This document shows positions 19,810 to 30,476 of a stretch of DNA of 64,000 nucleotides, one piece after another. Origin of the DNA: Acidobacteriota bacterium (GTDB lineage: Bacteria; Acidobacteriota; UBA6911); NCBI GenBank assembly GCA_963664705.1, contig OY761556.1, forward strand, positions 6,528,001 through 6,592,000, read 5' to 3'. Positions within the stretch are counted from its first letter, which is position 1, and every line of letters begins with the position of its first letter. A model generated the notes under the pieces. That model saw only the letters and a program-made list of their open reading frames with translations, was not told the DNA's origin and ran no database searches. Made by a program: the position numbers and the translations under genes.

Positions 19810-20946
19810 TCAGGCCACCTTCTGCCGCAATCTTTTCACGGCCACCACGAAAACAATAGCCGCGTATGCGGCAAGGAGAAGCACCTCTTTGTACAGCACA
19901 TCGATCCCAACGCCGCGCAGGAAGATCCCCTTCAATATCGTGACGTAATAGCGTGTCGGAAACAGATAGGTTACGGCCTGGACCGGGACCGGGGGCATGT
20001 TCTCAATCGCAAATACGAATCCCGACAACAAAAACGCGGGGAGAAAAGAAGTAAGCATTGCCACCTGGTATGCCAGCAACTGATTCTTCGAAATAGCCGA
20101 GATCAGGATGCCCCAGAAGAGCGCTCCAAAAAGAAAGAGGCACCCGGTCAGGACCAGGAAAATGTAGTTGCCGTGCTGCGGGACCTGGAAGACGCCCACG
20201 CCCACAAGGATAGTGACCAGCATGTCGATGATGCCGAGCGCGAAATAGGCGCTCATTTTTCCGAGCGCAATCTCCGCCGGCCGCAGCGGCGTGGACAGGA
20301 TTTGTTCCATGGTGCCTGCCTCCCATTCCCTGGCGAGGGTCAGGGAAGTGAGGAGAGCGCCAATGATCATGAGGATGAGCGCGATCAGTCCCGGGACGAT
20401 ATAGTTCTTTGATTTCAGCTGGCTGTTGTACCAGACGCGCAGCCTGGGTTCCACCGGGAATCCCGGCACATTCTGTCCCATGTGGTTCTGCGCTTCGCTG
20501 CGAATCCCGATGGAAGCGTTCTGGACGATCATGTTCGCGTAGCCAAGGGCGATGGACGCGGTATTGGAATCACTGCCGTCAAACAGCAACTGCAGCTGGG
20601 GCCTTCGGCCCAGGCGCAAATCCCTGGAATAGTCCTGCGGGATGACGATTCCGAGCATGCATTCATCTTTATCTATCTTGTCTTCAATGGTTCGATAGCT
20701 GGACACGGAACCCAGAATGTGAAAGTAGCGGGATCCCTGGAACCGTGCCACCAGCTCGCGGCTCTCGGGACTCTGATCGGAGTCATATACCAGCGAAGGA
20801 ATTCTGTCCACGTCCAGCGTGAGCGCATAGCCGAACAGCAGGATCATGAGCAGGGGCAGCGCCAGCGCCATTACCAGACTGCGAGGGTCCCGCAGTATAT
20901 GGAGAAATTCCTTCCGGGCAACCGCTTTGGTTCTCCTGAAATTCAT
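19810..20946 (-). CDS. ABC-2 type transporter permease (YbhS-like)
   Basis: KEFLHILRD, DGSDSNTA, REWEAGTMEQ; start placed at MNFRRTK. Confidence 0.9.
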   Translation of the reverse strand: MNFRRTKAVARKEFLHILRDPRSLVMALALPLLMILLFGYALTLDVDRIPSLVYDSDQSPESRELVARFQGSRYFHILGSVSSYRTIEDKIDKDECMLGIVIPQDYSRDLRLGRRPQLQLLFDGSDSNTASIALGYANMIVQNASIGIRSEAQNHMGQNVPGFPVEPRLRVWYNSQLKSKNYIVPGLIALILMIIGALLTSLTLAREWEAGTMEQILSTPLRPAEIALGKMSAYFALGIIDMLVTILVGVGVFQVPQHGNYIFLVLTGCLFLFGALFWGILISAISKNQLLAYQVAMLTSFLPAFLLSGFVFAIENMPPVPVQAVTYLFPTRYYVTILKGIFLRGVGIDVLYKEVLLLAAYAAIVFVVAVKRLRQKVA

Positions 20947-21066
20947 AAGGCTATGCTTAATTCTTTCCTCAGCCCTGTCAATAGCAAACAGGATCCTATG
21001 TGTTCTTTCAGTCTTCGGGTTCACCCATGCCGCAGGCATGGTATGCTTTTGCCAATGGAGGGACCG

Positions 21067-22476
21067 ATGGATACTGCGAAAACTCAATCATTCGTTGCAA
21101 AGATGTGGAAAGAATCGATTGTTCCGGAATTGACAGAGTACATCCGGATTCCCAATAAATCGCCTCTTTATGAACCGAAGTGGCAGGAGCAGGGCCACAT
21201 GGATCAGGCGGTTGCCCTCATCGAGCGCTGGTGTCGCCGGCAGCCCATCCAGGGATTGACATTCGAGGTAGTGCGGGAAGAAGGGCGGACCCCGCTTCTT
21301 TTCATCGACATCCCGGGCGATTCGTCCGAATGCATCCTGCTTTACGGGCACCTCGACAAGCAGCCGGAAATGACGGGTTGGCGCGACGGCCTGGGACCCT
21401 GGACTCCCGTAATCGAGGGCGATAAGTTATACGGACGCGGCGGCGCGGATGACGGCTATGCCGTCTTCTCAGCGCTGACGGCGGTCCTGGCGCTCAAAGA
21501 CCAGAAAATCCCGCACGCCCGCTGCGTGGTTCTCATCGAAGCTTGTGAAGAGAGCGGCAGCTACGATCTTCCCTTTTACATCGAAAAACTCTACGGCCGC
21601 ATCGGTGTTCCAAGTCTCATTGTCTGTCTCGATTCGGGTTGTGGGAATTATGATCAGCTCTGGTGCACCAGTTCATTGCGCGGCCTGGTTGTCGGCGACC
21701 TCTCGGTGCAACTGCTGAAAGAAGGGGTCCACTCCGGGGATGGAAGCGGAGTGGTGTCTTCGAGTTTTCGAGTCATGCGGCAATTGCTGAGCCGCCTCGA
21801 GGATGAAAGAACCGGCGAAATAATCGTGCCTGATTTTCACGTCGAGCTTCAGGCTCAGACCCTCGATCAAGCCGATCAGACCGCGCAAATACTGGGAGAG
21901 GAGGTCTTCTCGAAATTTCCTCTGCTCCCGGGTGTTCAGCCGGTCATTACCAGGCCCGCCGAGCTGATACTGAACCGAACCTGGCGCCCGGCCCTGGCTA
22001 TCACTGGAGCTGCGGGGTTGCCGTCCTTAAAAGATGCGGGCAATGTTCTTCGCCCGATGACGGCGGTCCGGGTGTCGCTGCGAATTCCGCCCGGTTGCGA
22101 CCCGGCGAAAGCGAGCGAGCGACTGAAGCAGTTGTTCGAAACCGATCCGCCCTACGGCGCTCACGTAAAATTTGAATTGGGGCAGAGCGCCGCAGGCTGG
22201 AGCGCTCCCGCGATGAAGCCCTGGCTGGCGCAATCCGTGGACCGGTCATCGGAGAACTTCTTCGGCCGGAAAGCGGCATTCATGGGAGAAGGCGGGTCCA
22301 TTCCTTTCATGGATATGCTGGGGAAGAAATTTCCGGAGGCTCAGTTCCTGATCACAGGGCTTCTCGGCCCCAATTCGAATGCTCACGGACCGAACGAATT
22401 CCTGCACATACCAACGGGCGTCAAGCTTACCTGCTGCGTTGCCCATGTTCTTTCGGACCACTTTACGAGGAAGTAA
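21067..22476 (+). CDS. M20 family metallopeptidase
   Basis: YGHLDKQP, GRGGADDG, EACEESGS, GEGGSIP, AHGPNE; start at MDTAK after GGAGG. Confidence 0.9.
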   Translation: MDTAKTQSFVAKMWKESIVPELTEYIRIPNKSPLYEPKWQEQGHMDQAVALIERWCRRQPIQGLTFEVVREEGRTPLLFIDIPGDSSECILLYGHLDKQPEMTGWRDGLGPWTPVIEGDKLYGRGGADDGYAVFSALTAVLALKDQKIPHARCVVLIEACEESGSYDLPFYIEKLYGRIGVPSLIVCLDSGCGNYDQLWCTSSLRGLVVGDLSVQLLKEGVHSGDGSGVVSSSFRVMRQLLSRLEDERTGEIIVPDFHVELQAQTLDQADQTAQILGEEVFSKFPLLPGVQPVITRPAELILNRTWRPALAITGAAGLPSLKDAGNVLRPMTAVRVSLRIPPGCDPAKASERLKQLFETDPPYGAHVKFELGQSAAGWSAPAMKPWLAQSVDRSSENFFGRKAAFMGEGGSIPFMDMLGKKFPEAQFLITGLLGPNSNAHGPNEFLHIPTGVKLTCCVAHVLSDHFTRK

Positions 22477-22516
22477 TTCCTGACCTGGGAATACAACAGT
22501 TCAAGGGGAGATAGAT

Positions 22517-23122
22517 ATGAAGGTGCTGGGACTCTCATTCAGTCCGCGGGAATATGGAAATACCGAATTGCTTTTGGATAACGTTTTTACCGGCGCCGGG
22601 CAACTGGGGGCTGAAACGGAGTTGTTCAGAGTCGCAGATAAAAAAATTGCGCCCTGTACCGGCTGCGGATCCTGCTACAAAACAGGGGAATGCCGGATTC
22701 GAGACGATATGCAGGAGCTGTATGTCAAGATGCAGGCAGCGGACGGGATTGTCTTTGGAACGCCCGTTTACTATTACAACATGACCGCGCAGGGGAAGAC
22801 GGTTATTGATAGAACCTTGGCTTTGGGGCATTCCGGCAAAGGTTTGAGAAATAAGGTCGGTGGCGTTGTGGTTGTCGGCGGCAGCCTCGGCCTGGTGGAT
22901 GCCGTCAAGGATCTCTATTTTTTCATGGTGATCCACCAGATGATCCCGGCCAATTTCATCGCCGCCTATGCTTCCAACAAGGGGGATGTCGAGAAACTGA
23001 ATAAATGCATGCAGGCTGCGACTGACCTCGGTATGCAGATGGTTAAAATTGTCGAGAGTGGTTTCAGCTATCCGGAGGAGTTTCGCGCGAATCACATTGG
23101 CTATGGCACGCACACTTGGTGA
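22517..23122 (+). CDS. Iron-sulfur flavoprotein / NADPH-dependent FMN reductase family
   Basis: SPREYGNT, CTGCGSC...C, GTPVY. Confidence 0.85.
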   Translation: MKVLGLSFSPREYGNTELLLDNVFTGAGQLGAETELFRVADKKIAPCTGCGSCYKTGECRIRDDMQELYVKMQAADGIVFGTPVYYYNMTAQGKTVIDRTLALGHSGKGLRNKVGGVVVVGGSLGLVDAVKDLYFFMVIHQMIPANFIAAYASNKGDVEKLNKCMQAATDLGMQMVKIVESGFSYPEEFRANHIGYGTHTW

Positions 23123-23158
23123 GGATTCCAGATTTCAGATTCCAGACTAAGCCGCTGG

Positions 23159-23428
23159 TAATGACATTTGCTTTGTTGCAATTGCCGTTCTCTCGCCCCT
23201 TCGGGGCTCCATTATTTTCACTGTTGTACCAGGGGTTCGCTCCGCTCACCCCTGGCTACTATCTTCCGCGCCTCCGGCGCTTAGTATATAGATGGAATAA
23301 AGACCCAGCGCGGGAGGCGCGAAAGATAGTAGCCCCGGGCGAGCTTGCGAGCCCGGGGTAATGTTTGGAGCCCAATGAGCTCTGAAGGGGCGAAAGAAAA
23401 GCGCCCGAAAAAAGAGTAGATGGCATTA
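23159..23428. repeat. REPIN/MITE-like element: inverted pair of family-A REPs bounded by TAATG(A/C)CA...TGGCATTA
   Basis: Long palindrome, paralogous to 61714-61980 and 28938 onward. Confidence 0.75.
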
Positions 23429-23485
23429 ATGGTACGAATGCCTGGTGAGGATTCCAGATTTCAGATTCCGGATTACGGATTTGCG

Positions 23486-24268
23486 TTAGTCTGGAATTTC
23501 GAAATTACGCGGCAGGTCCGCAATGGAATTCAGTACCAGGTCCGGGACAACGGTTCCTTCCAAATCTGTCGGTCTGAATTTTCCTGTCCGGACGAGTGCT
23601 CCCTTCAGGCCGGCCTTCTGAGCCCCTTCCACGTCTGTTTCAATCCCGTCGCCTATCATGAGCACTTCGCCGGCCGGAAGCCCCAACTGTTCTACTGCCG
23701 CAAGAAAAAATGATTTATCCGGCTTGCCGCAGACGATGGCTTTGCGGCCCGTTGCGTGCTCCAGGGCGGCTACAAAGGGCGCCACATCCAGCCGCAGTCC
23801 ATCATGCGCATGCCAGAAAGGAGTCATGCCCAGGGCGATCAGCACGGCGCGGGGATTGGCGTGCAGGAGGCGAAAGGCCCGGTTCAGGATGCGGTAATTC
23901 CAGGCGTCTCCCAGGTCGCCGATAACGACGTAATCGGCCCCGGTTTCCGCCTCATCAGGCAACAGATCCAGGCCTTCGAACTCGCTCAAAGCTTTGGGTG
24001 CGACAAACAGGGCCGTCCTGCCGGCCGGCTGATGCCGCAGCCAGTCTGCGGCCGCGACGCATGGCGTGCGTATCCTGTCCCTGGAAGCGTGAATGCCGAA
24101 CCGGCTCAGTTTTTGCACAAGCACATCTCTTCCGCGCGATGTCGTGTTGGTGACGAAGAGGTGCGGTAGGGCCTGGCGCTGGACCCACGCGAGCGTTTCC
24201 GCGGCTCCTTCAATCGGTTCCTCCGAATTGTATAGCACCCCATCCATGTCGAACAAAATTCCGCGCAT
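23486..24268 (-). CDS. HAD-IIA hydrolase (LHPP/TIGR01458-like)
   Basis: FDMDGVL, VTNTT, CGKP, MIGDGIETDVEG, VRTGKF. Confidence 0.88.
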   Translation of the reverse strand: MRGILFDMDGVLYNSEEPIEGAAETLAWVQRQALPHLFVTNTTSRGRDVLVQKLSRFGIHASRDRIRTPCVAAADWLRHQPAGRTALFVAPKALSEFEGLDLLPDEAETGADYVVIGDLGDAWNYRILNRAFRLLHANPRAVLIALGMTPFWHAHDGLRLDVAPFVAALEHATGRKAIVCGKPDKSFFLAAVEQLGLPAGEVLMIGDGIETDVEGAQKAGLKGALVRTGKFRPTDLEGTVVPDLVLNSIADLPRNFEIPD

Positions 24269-24343
24269 TGATTTCCCCTTTCCGGACGACCAAGTATATA
24301 ATAGTAGGTTCTGGCAAACACATGCGACTAAGGAGAGACTTGT

Positions 24344-25423
24344 ATGTCCAAAACAGATGCCATTGCCAAAATCAGGGAATTGCTGGGGGATCAGTCCGGC
24401 TATTTCCTCGACCATCAGAGCCATACTTTGAGCAAGGACCAGCTGCACCTGCCCGGTCCGGATTTTGTCGACAGAGTTTGGGTCAATAGCGATAGATCTG
24501 CCCTGGTTTTGCGCAATCTCCAGGCATTGTTTGATAATGGACGATTGCGGGGAACGGGCTATCTCTCGATTCTTCCGGTCGATCAGGGGATCGAGCATTC
24601 GGCCGGCGCTTCATTTGCTCCGAATCCGATTTACTTTGATGGCGAGAACATTGTGAAGCTTGCCATCGAGGGTGGATGCAACGCGGTAGCTTCGACACTG
24701 GGAGTTCTCGGGTCCGTATGCCGGAAGTATGCCCACAAGATTCCGTTCATTCTGAAGATCAATCACAACGAGTTCATTTCCTATCCGAACACCTACGACC
24801 AGATCCTCTTTTCCAATGTCCAGCAGGCTTTTGATATGGGTGCGGCCGCGGTTGGCGCAACCATTTATTTCGGATCCGAGGAATCGAAACGGCAGATCCA
24901 GGAAATCTCCGCCGCTTTTCATGAAGCGCATCAACTGGGGATGGCGACCATCCTATGGTGCTATCTGAGAAATTCCGCTTTCGACAAAACGAAGGAAGGC
25001 GGACCCGATTATCACGTTTCCGCGGATTTGTCCGGCCAGGCCAACCATCTCGGAGTTACGATCGAGGCCGATATCATCAAGCAGAAGTTGCCGGTGAATA
25101 ATGGCGGATACGAGGCCGTGAAATTTGGCAAGACTCATAAGAAGGTCTATTCGGAGCTCAGTTCGGAACACCCGATCGATCTGACCCGTTATCAGCTGAT
25201 CAACTGCTACCTTGGCCGCGCCGGCCTGATCAACAGCGGCGGGGCGAGTTCCGGCGCAGGCGACCTGGCAGAGGCTGTCAAAACCGCCGTCATCAACAAG
25301 CGCGCGGGCGGCATGGGTTTGATCTCCGGCCGAAAGGCTTTCCAGCGACCCATGAAAGAAGGTGTCGCCCTCCTGAACGCGATTCAGGATGTTTACCTCT
25401 GCAAGGATGTAACCATCGCCTGA
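24344..25423 (+). CDS. fbaB: Class I fructose-bisphosphate aldolase
   Basis: [35 protein letters not shown]. Confidence 0.95.
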   Translation: MSKTDAIAKIRELLGDQSGYFLDHQSHTLSKDQLHLPGPDFVDRVWVNSDRSALVLRNLQALFDNGRLRGTGYLSILPVDQGIEHSAGASFAPNPIYFDGENIVKLAIEGGCNAVASTLGVLGSVCRKYAHKIPFILKINHNEFISYPNTYDQILFSNVQQAFDMGAAAVGATIYFGSEESKRQIQEISAAFHEAHQLGMATILWCYLRNSAFDKTKEGGPDYHVSADLSGQANHLGVTIEADIIKQKLPVNNGGYEAVKFGKTHKKVYSELSSEHPIDLTRYQLINCYLGRAGLINSGGASSGAGDLAEAVKTAVINKRAGGMGLISGRKAFQRPMKEGVALLNAIQDVYLCKDVTIA

Positions 25424-25524
25424 TCTTGAGCGCATCGTAATTTTTCGTGAGCTTCGCGGGCATTGTTTGCGTCCGCGAAGCTCACGGATTTTTTCGAATT
25501 ACCAATATCTTTTGCTGCCACATC

Positions 25525-26265
25525 ATGTCGAACGATACGAGGGTAAAGCTTTCGGTTGTCATTCCTGCCTATAACGAGGAATTTCGTCTTCCGGACACGC
25601 TGCGTCACTCGATCGCGTTTTTAAAAAGTCAGCCCTACAGTTCGGAAATCATAGTCGCAAACGACGGTTCCACCGACGGCACGGAAAGAGTTGTCCGCGA
25701 GCAGGCGGATTCCTTTGAACGGCTGACGCTGATCCATCATCCGGATCGCGGGAACCATGGGAAAGGTGCGGCGATACGGCTTGGAATGATGGCGGCCACG
25801 GGCGCCTATCGTCTGTTCATGGACGCCGATAATTCGACCACGCTGAATCAGATCGAAAACTTCTGGCCCTGGTTTGACCGCGGATATGATGTCGTCATCG
25901 GTTCCCGGGCCTTAAAGGAGTCGGTGATTGGGACGCGACAGAACCGGCTGAAGGAAATTGCAGGGCGGATGGGGAACTGGGTGATCCGGACCTTCGCCGT
26001 GCCGGGAGTACAGGATACCCAGGCCGGATTCAAAATGCTGACCGGCGATAAAGCCGCGGTCATTTTCCCCAGGTCCACCATTGACCGATGGGGCTATGAC
26101 ATCGAGATGCTGGTCATCGCGCGGGCGCATGGATGCCGGATAGCGGAGCTTCCGATCCGGTGGATCAATGCCGAAGGAAGCAAAGTCCGGATGAGTACCT
26201 ATTTCGAAGTTTTGGGCGAAGTTTTTAAAATCCGCAGAAACCTCCACGCCGGTCTCTATAAATAA
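25525..26265 (+). CDS. GT2 glycosyltransferase (dolichyl-phosphate glucosyltransferase-like)
   Basis: VVIPAYNE, NDGSTD, GKGAA, FMDAD, DTQAGFK. Confidence 0.88.
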   Translation: MSNDTRVKLSVVIPAYNEEFRLPDTLRHSIAFLKSQPYSSEIIVANDGSTDGTERVVREQADSFERLTLIHHPDRGNHGKGAAIRLGMMAATGAYRLFMDADNSTTLNQIENFWPWFDRGYDVVIGSRALKESVIGTRQNRLKEIAGRMGNWVIRTFAVPGVQDTQAGFKMLTGDKAAVIFPRSTIDRWGYDIEMLVIARAHGCRIAELPIRWINAEGSKVRMSTYFEVLGEVFKIRRNLHAGLYK

Positions 26266-26280
26266 GCCGGGCTTCACCGT

Positions 26281-26341
26281 TTCAACGTCCCAACGTTCAA
26301 CGTCCCAACGTCTCAACGTCCAACGTCTCAACGTCCAACGT
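26281..26341. repeat. Tandem array of eight CAACGT cores with 7/8-bp period
   Basis: TTCAACGT CCCAACGT TCAACGT ... between convergent genes. Confidence 0.85.
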
Positions 26342-26353
26342 TCTTGTTGCCGA

Positions 26354-27193
26354 CTACTCCTTTTTCTTGCTGTTCAGCAGGGCACCCAGTTCGCGGGATC
26401 GTGCCGTGGCGGCTTCGACGGCATCCATGACGGTAGAGCGGAAATTGCCTTTTTCCAGCATCTTCAATCCGGCAAAGGTGGTGCCGCCCGGCGTGGCAAC
26501 GATGTCCTTCAATTCGCTTGGATGACGGCCGGTTTCCAGCAGCATCTTGGCCGCCCCGAAAACAGTCTGCGCGGCAAGAATCGAGGATTCCTTTCGCGAA
26601 ATTCCCAGTTGCACTCCGGCATCGCTGAGCGATTCGATCATGAGAAATACGAAAGCGGGGCCGCTGCCGGAGAGTCCGGTGACAATGTCCATCAGGGCTT
26701 CATTCTTGATCACCACGGCTTTTCCGACGCATTCGAAGATGGAGACGGCGCGCTGCAAATCATCCTGGGAAATGTTGCGTCCCGGGTATAGAGCCGCGAT
26801 GCCGGCAAGCACGGATGCGGGCGCGTTGGGCATGACTCGGATGATTCCCGATTGATGGTGCATTTTGGCAGCCAGTTTTTCGGTAGTGATCCCCGCGGCG
26901 ATTGAAATGAACAGGTGCCCTTCGTGGCTGGAATGGGTCAGTTCATCCAGCAGATCATCAATGTTCTGCGGCTTGACGGCCAGAATGATGATGGATGCGT
27001 TTGCGACCACTTCCACGTTCGAGGCAGTGGTGCGGATGCCGTAGGTGTTCGAGATATAGCTCAATCGATCCCGGCTTGCATCGCTGGCGATGATATCGGT
27101 TTTCTGCACTTTGCCTGATTGGATCAAGCCGCGGATCAGGACCTCGCCCATATTCCCGGCGCCAATAAATCCGACCACTTTCCCACCTAACAT
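26354..27193 (-). CDS. proC: Pyrroline-5-carboxylate reductase
   Basis: GFIGAGNMG, LAVKPQ, RVMPN, SGSGPAF, TPGGTT. Confidence 0.95.
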   Translation of the reverse strand: MLGGKVVGFIGAGNMGEVLIRGLIQSGKVQKTDIIASDASRDRLSYISNTYGIRTTASNVEVVANASIIILAVKPQNIDDLLDELTHSSHEGHLFISIAAGITTEKLAAKMHHQSGIIRVMPNAPASVLAGIAALYPGRNISQDDLQRAVSIFECVGKAVVIKNEALMDIVTGLSGSGPAFVFLMIESLSDAGVQLGISRKESSILAAQTVFGAAKMLLETGRHPSELKDIVATPGGTTFAGLKMLEKGNFRSTVMDAVEAATARSRELGALLNSKKKE

Positions 27194-27268
27194 ATCTCTT
27201 CCTCCTGTTGTCAGGCTGTTCAATCGGGCCGATGGATTGAATCCCGATTGTTTCCGGCTGACGTGGAT

Positions 27269-28804
27269 CTATTTCTTCTTCCTGACAATTTTGCAGACTA
27301 CAGCCGTGATGTCATCGATCTGGGGAAGCCCATCCTGGTAGCTGCGGACTGTCTGGTAAAGGCCGACGACGATCTGCTGCGCGGATTCGTGGCGGTGTTG
27401 CCGAACAAACTCGATGGCTTTTTCTATGCCGAAGGAATCCTGATCGGGCCTCTCCGACTCCGTAATTCCATCGGTCAGCAGCGCGAGAATATCCCCTTCC
27501 TCCAGGTCCAGCGTATTCCGGCAGCCAAATGTATGCTTGGGAAGAAAGCCGAGCGGAATATCCGTGCTTTCGAGCATCTGCTTGACGGTGCCGGACGAAT
27601 TCAGGATGAACCCCGGAGGGTGGCCGGCGCTCGAGTAGACCACCGAGCGGGTCTCAGGCTGAAGGCGGCAAAAAATCAGAGTAGCATAGCGATCCTGCTC
27701 CAGGTCCGAAACGAGCGCATTGTTCGTCAGCGATAGAATTTCGCCGAGATCGGAACTCTTCTGCGCAAAAGCGCGGAGGTAGGCGCGCAATTCAACCATG
27801 AGCAAGGCGGATCCGATGCCGTGCCCGCAGACATCACCGATGGTAATGCCGATGGAATTCCCCGGGAGCTGAATGAAATCAAAATAGTCGCCGCCGGTCG
27901 CGTCTGCCGGGAACGCGGCTCCGGCGAAATCGAATCCGTCGATCTGCGGCGTGGGCATGCTGTAGAACTGCTGCTGCACGGCCCGCGCCAGGCTCATTTG
28001 AAGCTCCTGGTCTTGCAGCTTTCTGAGCTCGGTGACGTCCTTGATCACGGTCACGAAGTGGGTGATGCTCCCGGTGGGGCCCCACATAGGGGTGATCGTC
28101 TGCTCGGCATAAAAGATCTCGCCGGACTTCTTGCGATTGGCTATGGTTCCGCGAAAGACGTTGCCGTCCAGGATGGTCGCCCAGAGCTTTTCGTAAAAGG
28201 AGTCGTCGTGGACTCCGGATTTGAGGATTCGCGGCGTGATGCCGCGCAATTCTTCCTGCGTGTAGCCGGTGGTTGCCTCAAAGGCCGGGTTGACATATTC
28301 GATGACCCCGCCGCGATCGGTGATGATAATGCTGTCGGCAGTTTGCTCCACGGCATTGGTCAACGTGTTGATGCGTGCTTCCGCCTCTTTCCTGGTTGAG
28401 ACATCGTGAAATGTCACAATGCTGCCGTGGATTTCGCCGGCTTCATTGCGCAGAGGCGTAGCCTGGGCGGAGACCCAGAGTCCTGAAAGATGTCTTTCGT
28501 TTAGAATAAAAATTTCAGTTTCAGAAACGGTCTCTCCCCGCAGAGCCCGGGCTGCGGGCAATTCTTCCGTCACATAGGGAGTAACCCCGTCTGTTTTGTA
28601 GCAGCCGTTGACTTCGGTCCAGGAATGGGGGGTTAATTCCGGCCCGCCGCTGGAGAGGAAGAATTGGGCTTTTTTATTGCAAAACAAAAATTTGCCAGCT
28701 TTGTCGGCGACGATCACTCCTTCGGTAAGGTTGTAGATCGTTGAGCGGAGAGTTTCCACTTCATCGATGAGAGGCTGTGACCGATCTCCAAACGCTCGAG
28801 CCAT
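27269..28804 (-). CDS. PAS-PAS-PP2C (SpoIIE/RsbU-type) phosphatase
   Basis: Two PAS domains; GGDYFD, IGDVCGHG, AGHPP, LTDGI, DDIT. Confidence 0.88.
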   Translation of the reverse strand: MARAFGDRSQPLIDEVETLRSTIYNLTEGVIVADKAGKFLFCNKKAQFFLSSGGPELTPHSWTEVNGCYKTDGVTPYVTEELPAARALRGETVSETEIFILNERHLSGLWVSAQATPLRNEAGEIHGSIVTFHDVSTRKEAEARINTLTNAVEQTADSIIITDRGGVIEYVNPAFEATTGYTQEELRGITPRILKSGVHDDSFYEKLWATILDGNVFRGTIANRKKSGEIFYAEQTITPMWGPTGSITHFVTVIKDVTELRKLQDQELQMSLARAVQQQFYSMPTPQIDGFDFAGAAFPADATGGDYFDFIQLPGNSIGITIGDVCGHGIGSALLMVELRAYLRAFAQKSSDLGEILSLTNNALVSDLEQDRYATLIFCRLQPETRSVVYSSAGHPPGFILNSSGTVKQMLESTDIPLGFLPKHTFGCRNTLDLEEGDILALLTDGITESERPDQDSFGIEKAIEFVRQHRHESAQQIVVGLYQTVRSYQDGLPQIDDITAVVCKIVRKKK

Positions 28805-28918
28805 TGTACGGATCCTTCTATTACAAGGGATTCACTGTAGCATGGTAGTCCGCATTTCTCATTAGTAATCAGTTGCACAAAATTCTTGGAAAACTCTCAT
28901 GAAATAGGCGTTGGACTT

Positions 28919-29035
28919 GGGAGCGCCGACGCCTCCATAATGCCATTTACTTTTTTCAATTGCCGTTCTTTCGCCCCGCTGGGGCTCATTTTTGTGCTTA
29001 TCTCTACCAGGGGTTCGCTGCGCTCACCCCTGGCT
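28919..29035. repeat. Left part of the nested REP/MITE element interrupted by the IS110
   Basis: GGGAGCGCCGACG..TAATGCCATTTAC..CCAGGGGTTCGCTGCGCTCACCCCTGGCT. Confidence 0.8.
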
Positions 29036-29126
29036 GATATGGAGTGATCGGTCAAGTACAATCAATCCGTTCCTTGTTCGTTCATTTTGGTTTTCTTCGG
29101 TTCATAAATAAATCAGCCAGTAAAAA

Positions 29127-29309
29127 GAACAGGGGATCGAGTTGGCAACAGCGACGATAATCAATCTGATATTCGCGGGTCGATAAGCACGCATGACAAC
29201 TGATTCATCGGGAGCGGCCTCACTCTACTTCCGTGGATTCTGGTTTCCCATACCAACATAGCCAGGTCGAGGTTTCTCCTTTCGAAGCCTGGAACTCGAT
29301 CTCCTGTTC
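29127..29309 (-). ncRNA. Predicted bridge RNA / seekRNA of the IS1111-type element
   Basis: 17-bp closing stem GAACAGGAGAUCGAGUU/AACUCGAUCCCCUGUUC around two internal-loop hairpins. Their loops carry CCUGGCUA + GAAGUAG (target) and UUGUC + AUAUCAG (donor). Confidence 0.8.
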
Positions 29310-29381
29310 CGTTCACTGACCGAATGTTTCCGTTATTAATCCATTGAAGAACAAAATAGCTGCAAGAGCTGGTGCCTTATG

Positions 29382-30476
29382 TCATGCAACACGACCGATA
29401 GCCCAGATAAATCCTGCCAATTCTCGACTTACCGCAACCGCGATCTTTTGTCTTTCTTTCCCTCGGTTGAGCATGCGTCGGAATTTTTGGTTCAATCGCT
29501 TATCGCAACGTTGTGCAATCTCGATAACTTCTGCCGGTAAACACTCTCGTCGTTTCTTGAGAGTTTTGCCAGCTACTGAAGAATGACGGTAGTGCCAGGC
29601 GCTTTCGATCAGCACCCTACGTAGGTGACTGTTTCCCGTTTTGGTTATCCTTCCCCGTCTTTCAAGTTCACCTGAGCTGCTTTCCGAAGGCACCACCCCA
29701 ATAGCGGCCATAAACGAAGGCGCATCGACGAACCGTCTTAAATCGAGCGCTTCTGCGATAATCGTCATCGCCGTCAGAACCTGAACACCTTTTAGCGCCA
29801 TCAAATAGCTGACTCGCTTTTGATAGTTCGGCTGTTTTGCAACTTCCTCGATTTTTTCCTGGAATTTTTTCAACCGCTCCGTCTGTTGCTCAAGCGCCTG
29901 TCGATATTCCTCCAGTACTGTTTGATCCCCATCATCCTCAAACACAAGGCTCTTAATCCATTTTAGGTGCCCAAGCGACCAGTTCTTGCCCTGCGGATAT
30001 TTCAATCCACGTCGCATCAGAAACCGTGCTAATCGATGCCGTGCTCGCTGCTGGTCTTCCAATGCGTCTTCTCGCGCGCGCACTAGATCTCGCAGACTTT
30101 CCTGTTCTTTTTGCGGGATCACAATACATGTTAGTTCTCCCGCTCGGTACAATTTGCCCAGGGCTTTCGCATCCAGCTTATCCGTTTTTACTTTTTTCCC
30201 CGCTCGTCTCGGGGTCAACGAAGGGGCCGCAACCTCACAAGAAATCCCATGTTTGGCCAAATAGCGCTGCAAATAGTATCCATTAACGCCCGCTTCGTAG
30301 ACGCACCGTACATCATCTTCAAATGCCCTTAGCTTTTTCGCTAATCGCCCCAGCCCCGTACTGTCGTTTGATACAACAAGTTCTTCTCGTGGGTTACTTT
30401 CCTGCCCGCGAAAAACTGCGACGTTTATCTTTTTTGCTGAATCATCCATCCCTACCCAAGTGATACAATCTGCCAT
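29382..30476 (-). CDS. IS110 family DEDD recombinase (transposase)
   Basis: VGMDDS, YEAG, KTDKLDA (DEDD); C-terminal VPSESSSG serine, ITKTGNSHLRRVLIESAW, VAVSRELAGFIW; GAGGAG RBS before ATG at 30476. Confidence 0.95.
   Translation of the reverse strand: MADCITWVGMDDSAKKINVAVFRGQESNPREELVVSNDSTGLGRLAKKLRAFEDDVRCVYEAGVNGYYLQRYLAKHGISCEVAAPSLTPRRAGKKVKTDKLDAKALGKLYRAGELTCIVIPQKEQESLRDLVRAREDALEDQQRARHRLARFLMRRGLKYPQGKNWSLGHLKWIKSLVFEDDGDQTVLEEYRQALEQQTERLKKFQEKIEEVAKQPNYQKRVSYLMALKGVQVLTAMTIIAEALDLRRFVDAPSFMAAIGVVPSESSSGELERRGRITKTGNSHLRRVLIESAWHYRHSSVAGKTLKKRRECLPAEVIEIAQRCDKRLNQKFRRMLNRGKERQKIAVAVSRELAGFIWAIGRVA

Noticed and set aside
20482-21066. 195-aa N-terminal extension of the M20 peptidase
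   Set aside because: It overlaps the permease on the opposite strand, and a good RBS and ATG exist at 21067.
22517-23122. UGA read-through (selenoprotein) suggested by the tRNA-Sec
   Set aside because: The protein is already full length and the downstream sequence is repeat DNA. I noticed no in-frame UGA at a Cys position in any gene in the window.
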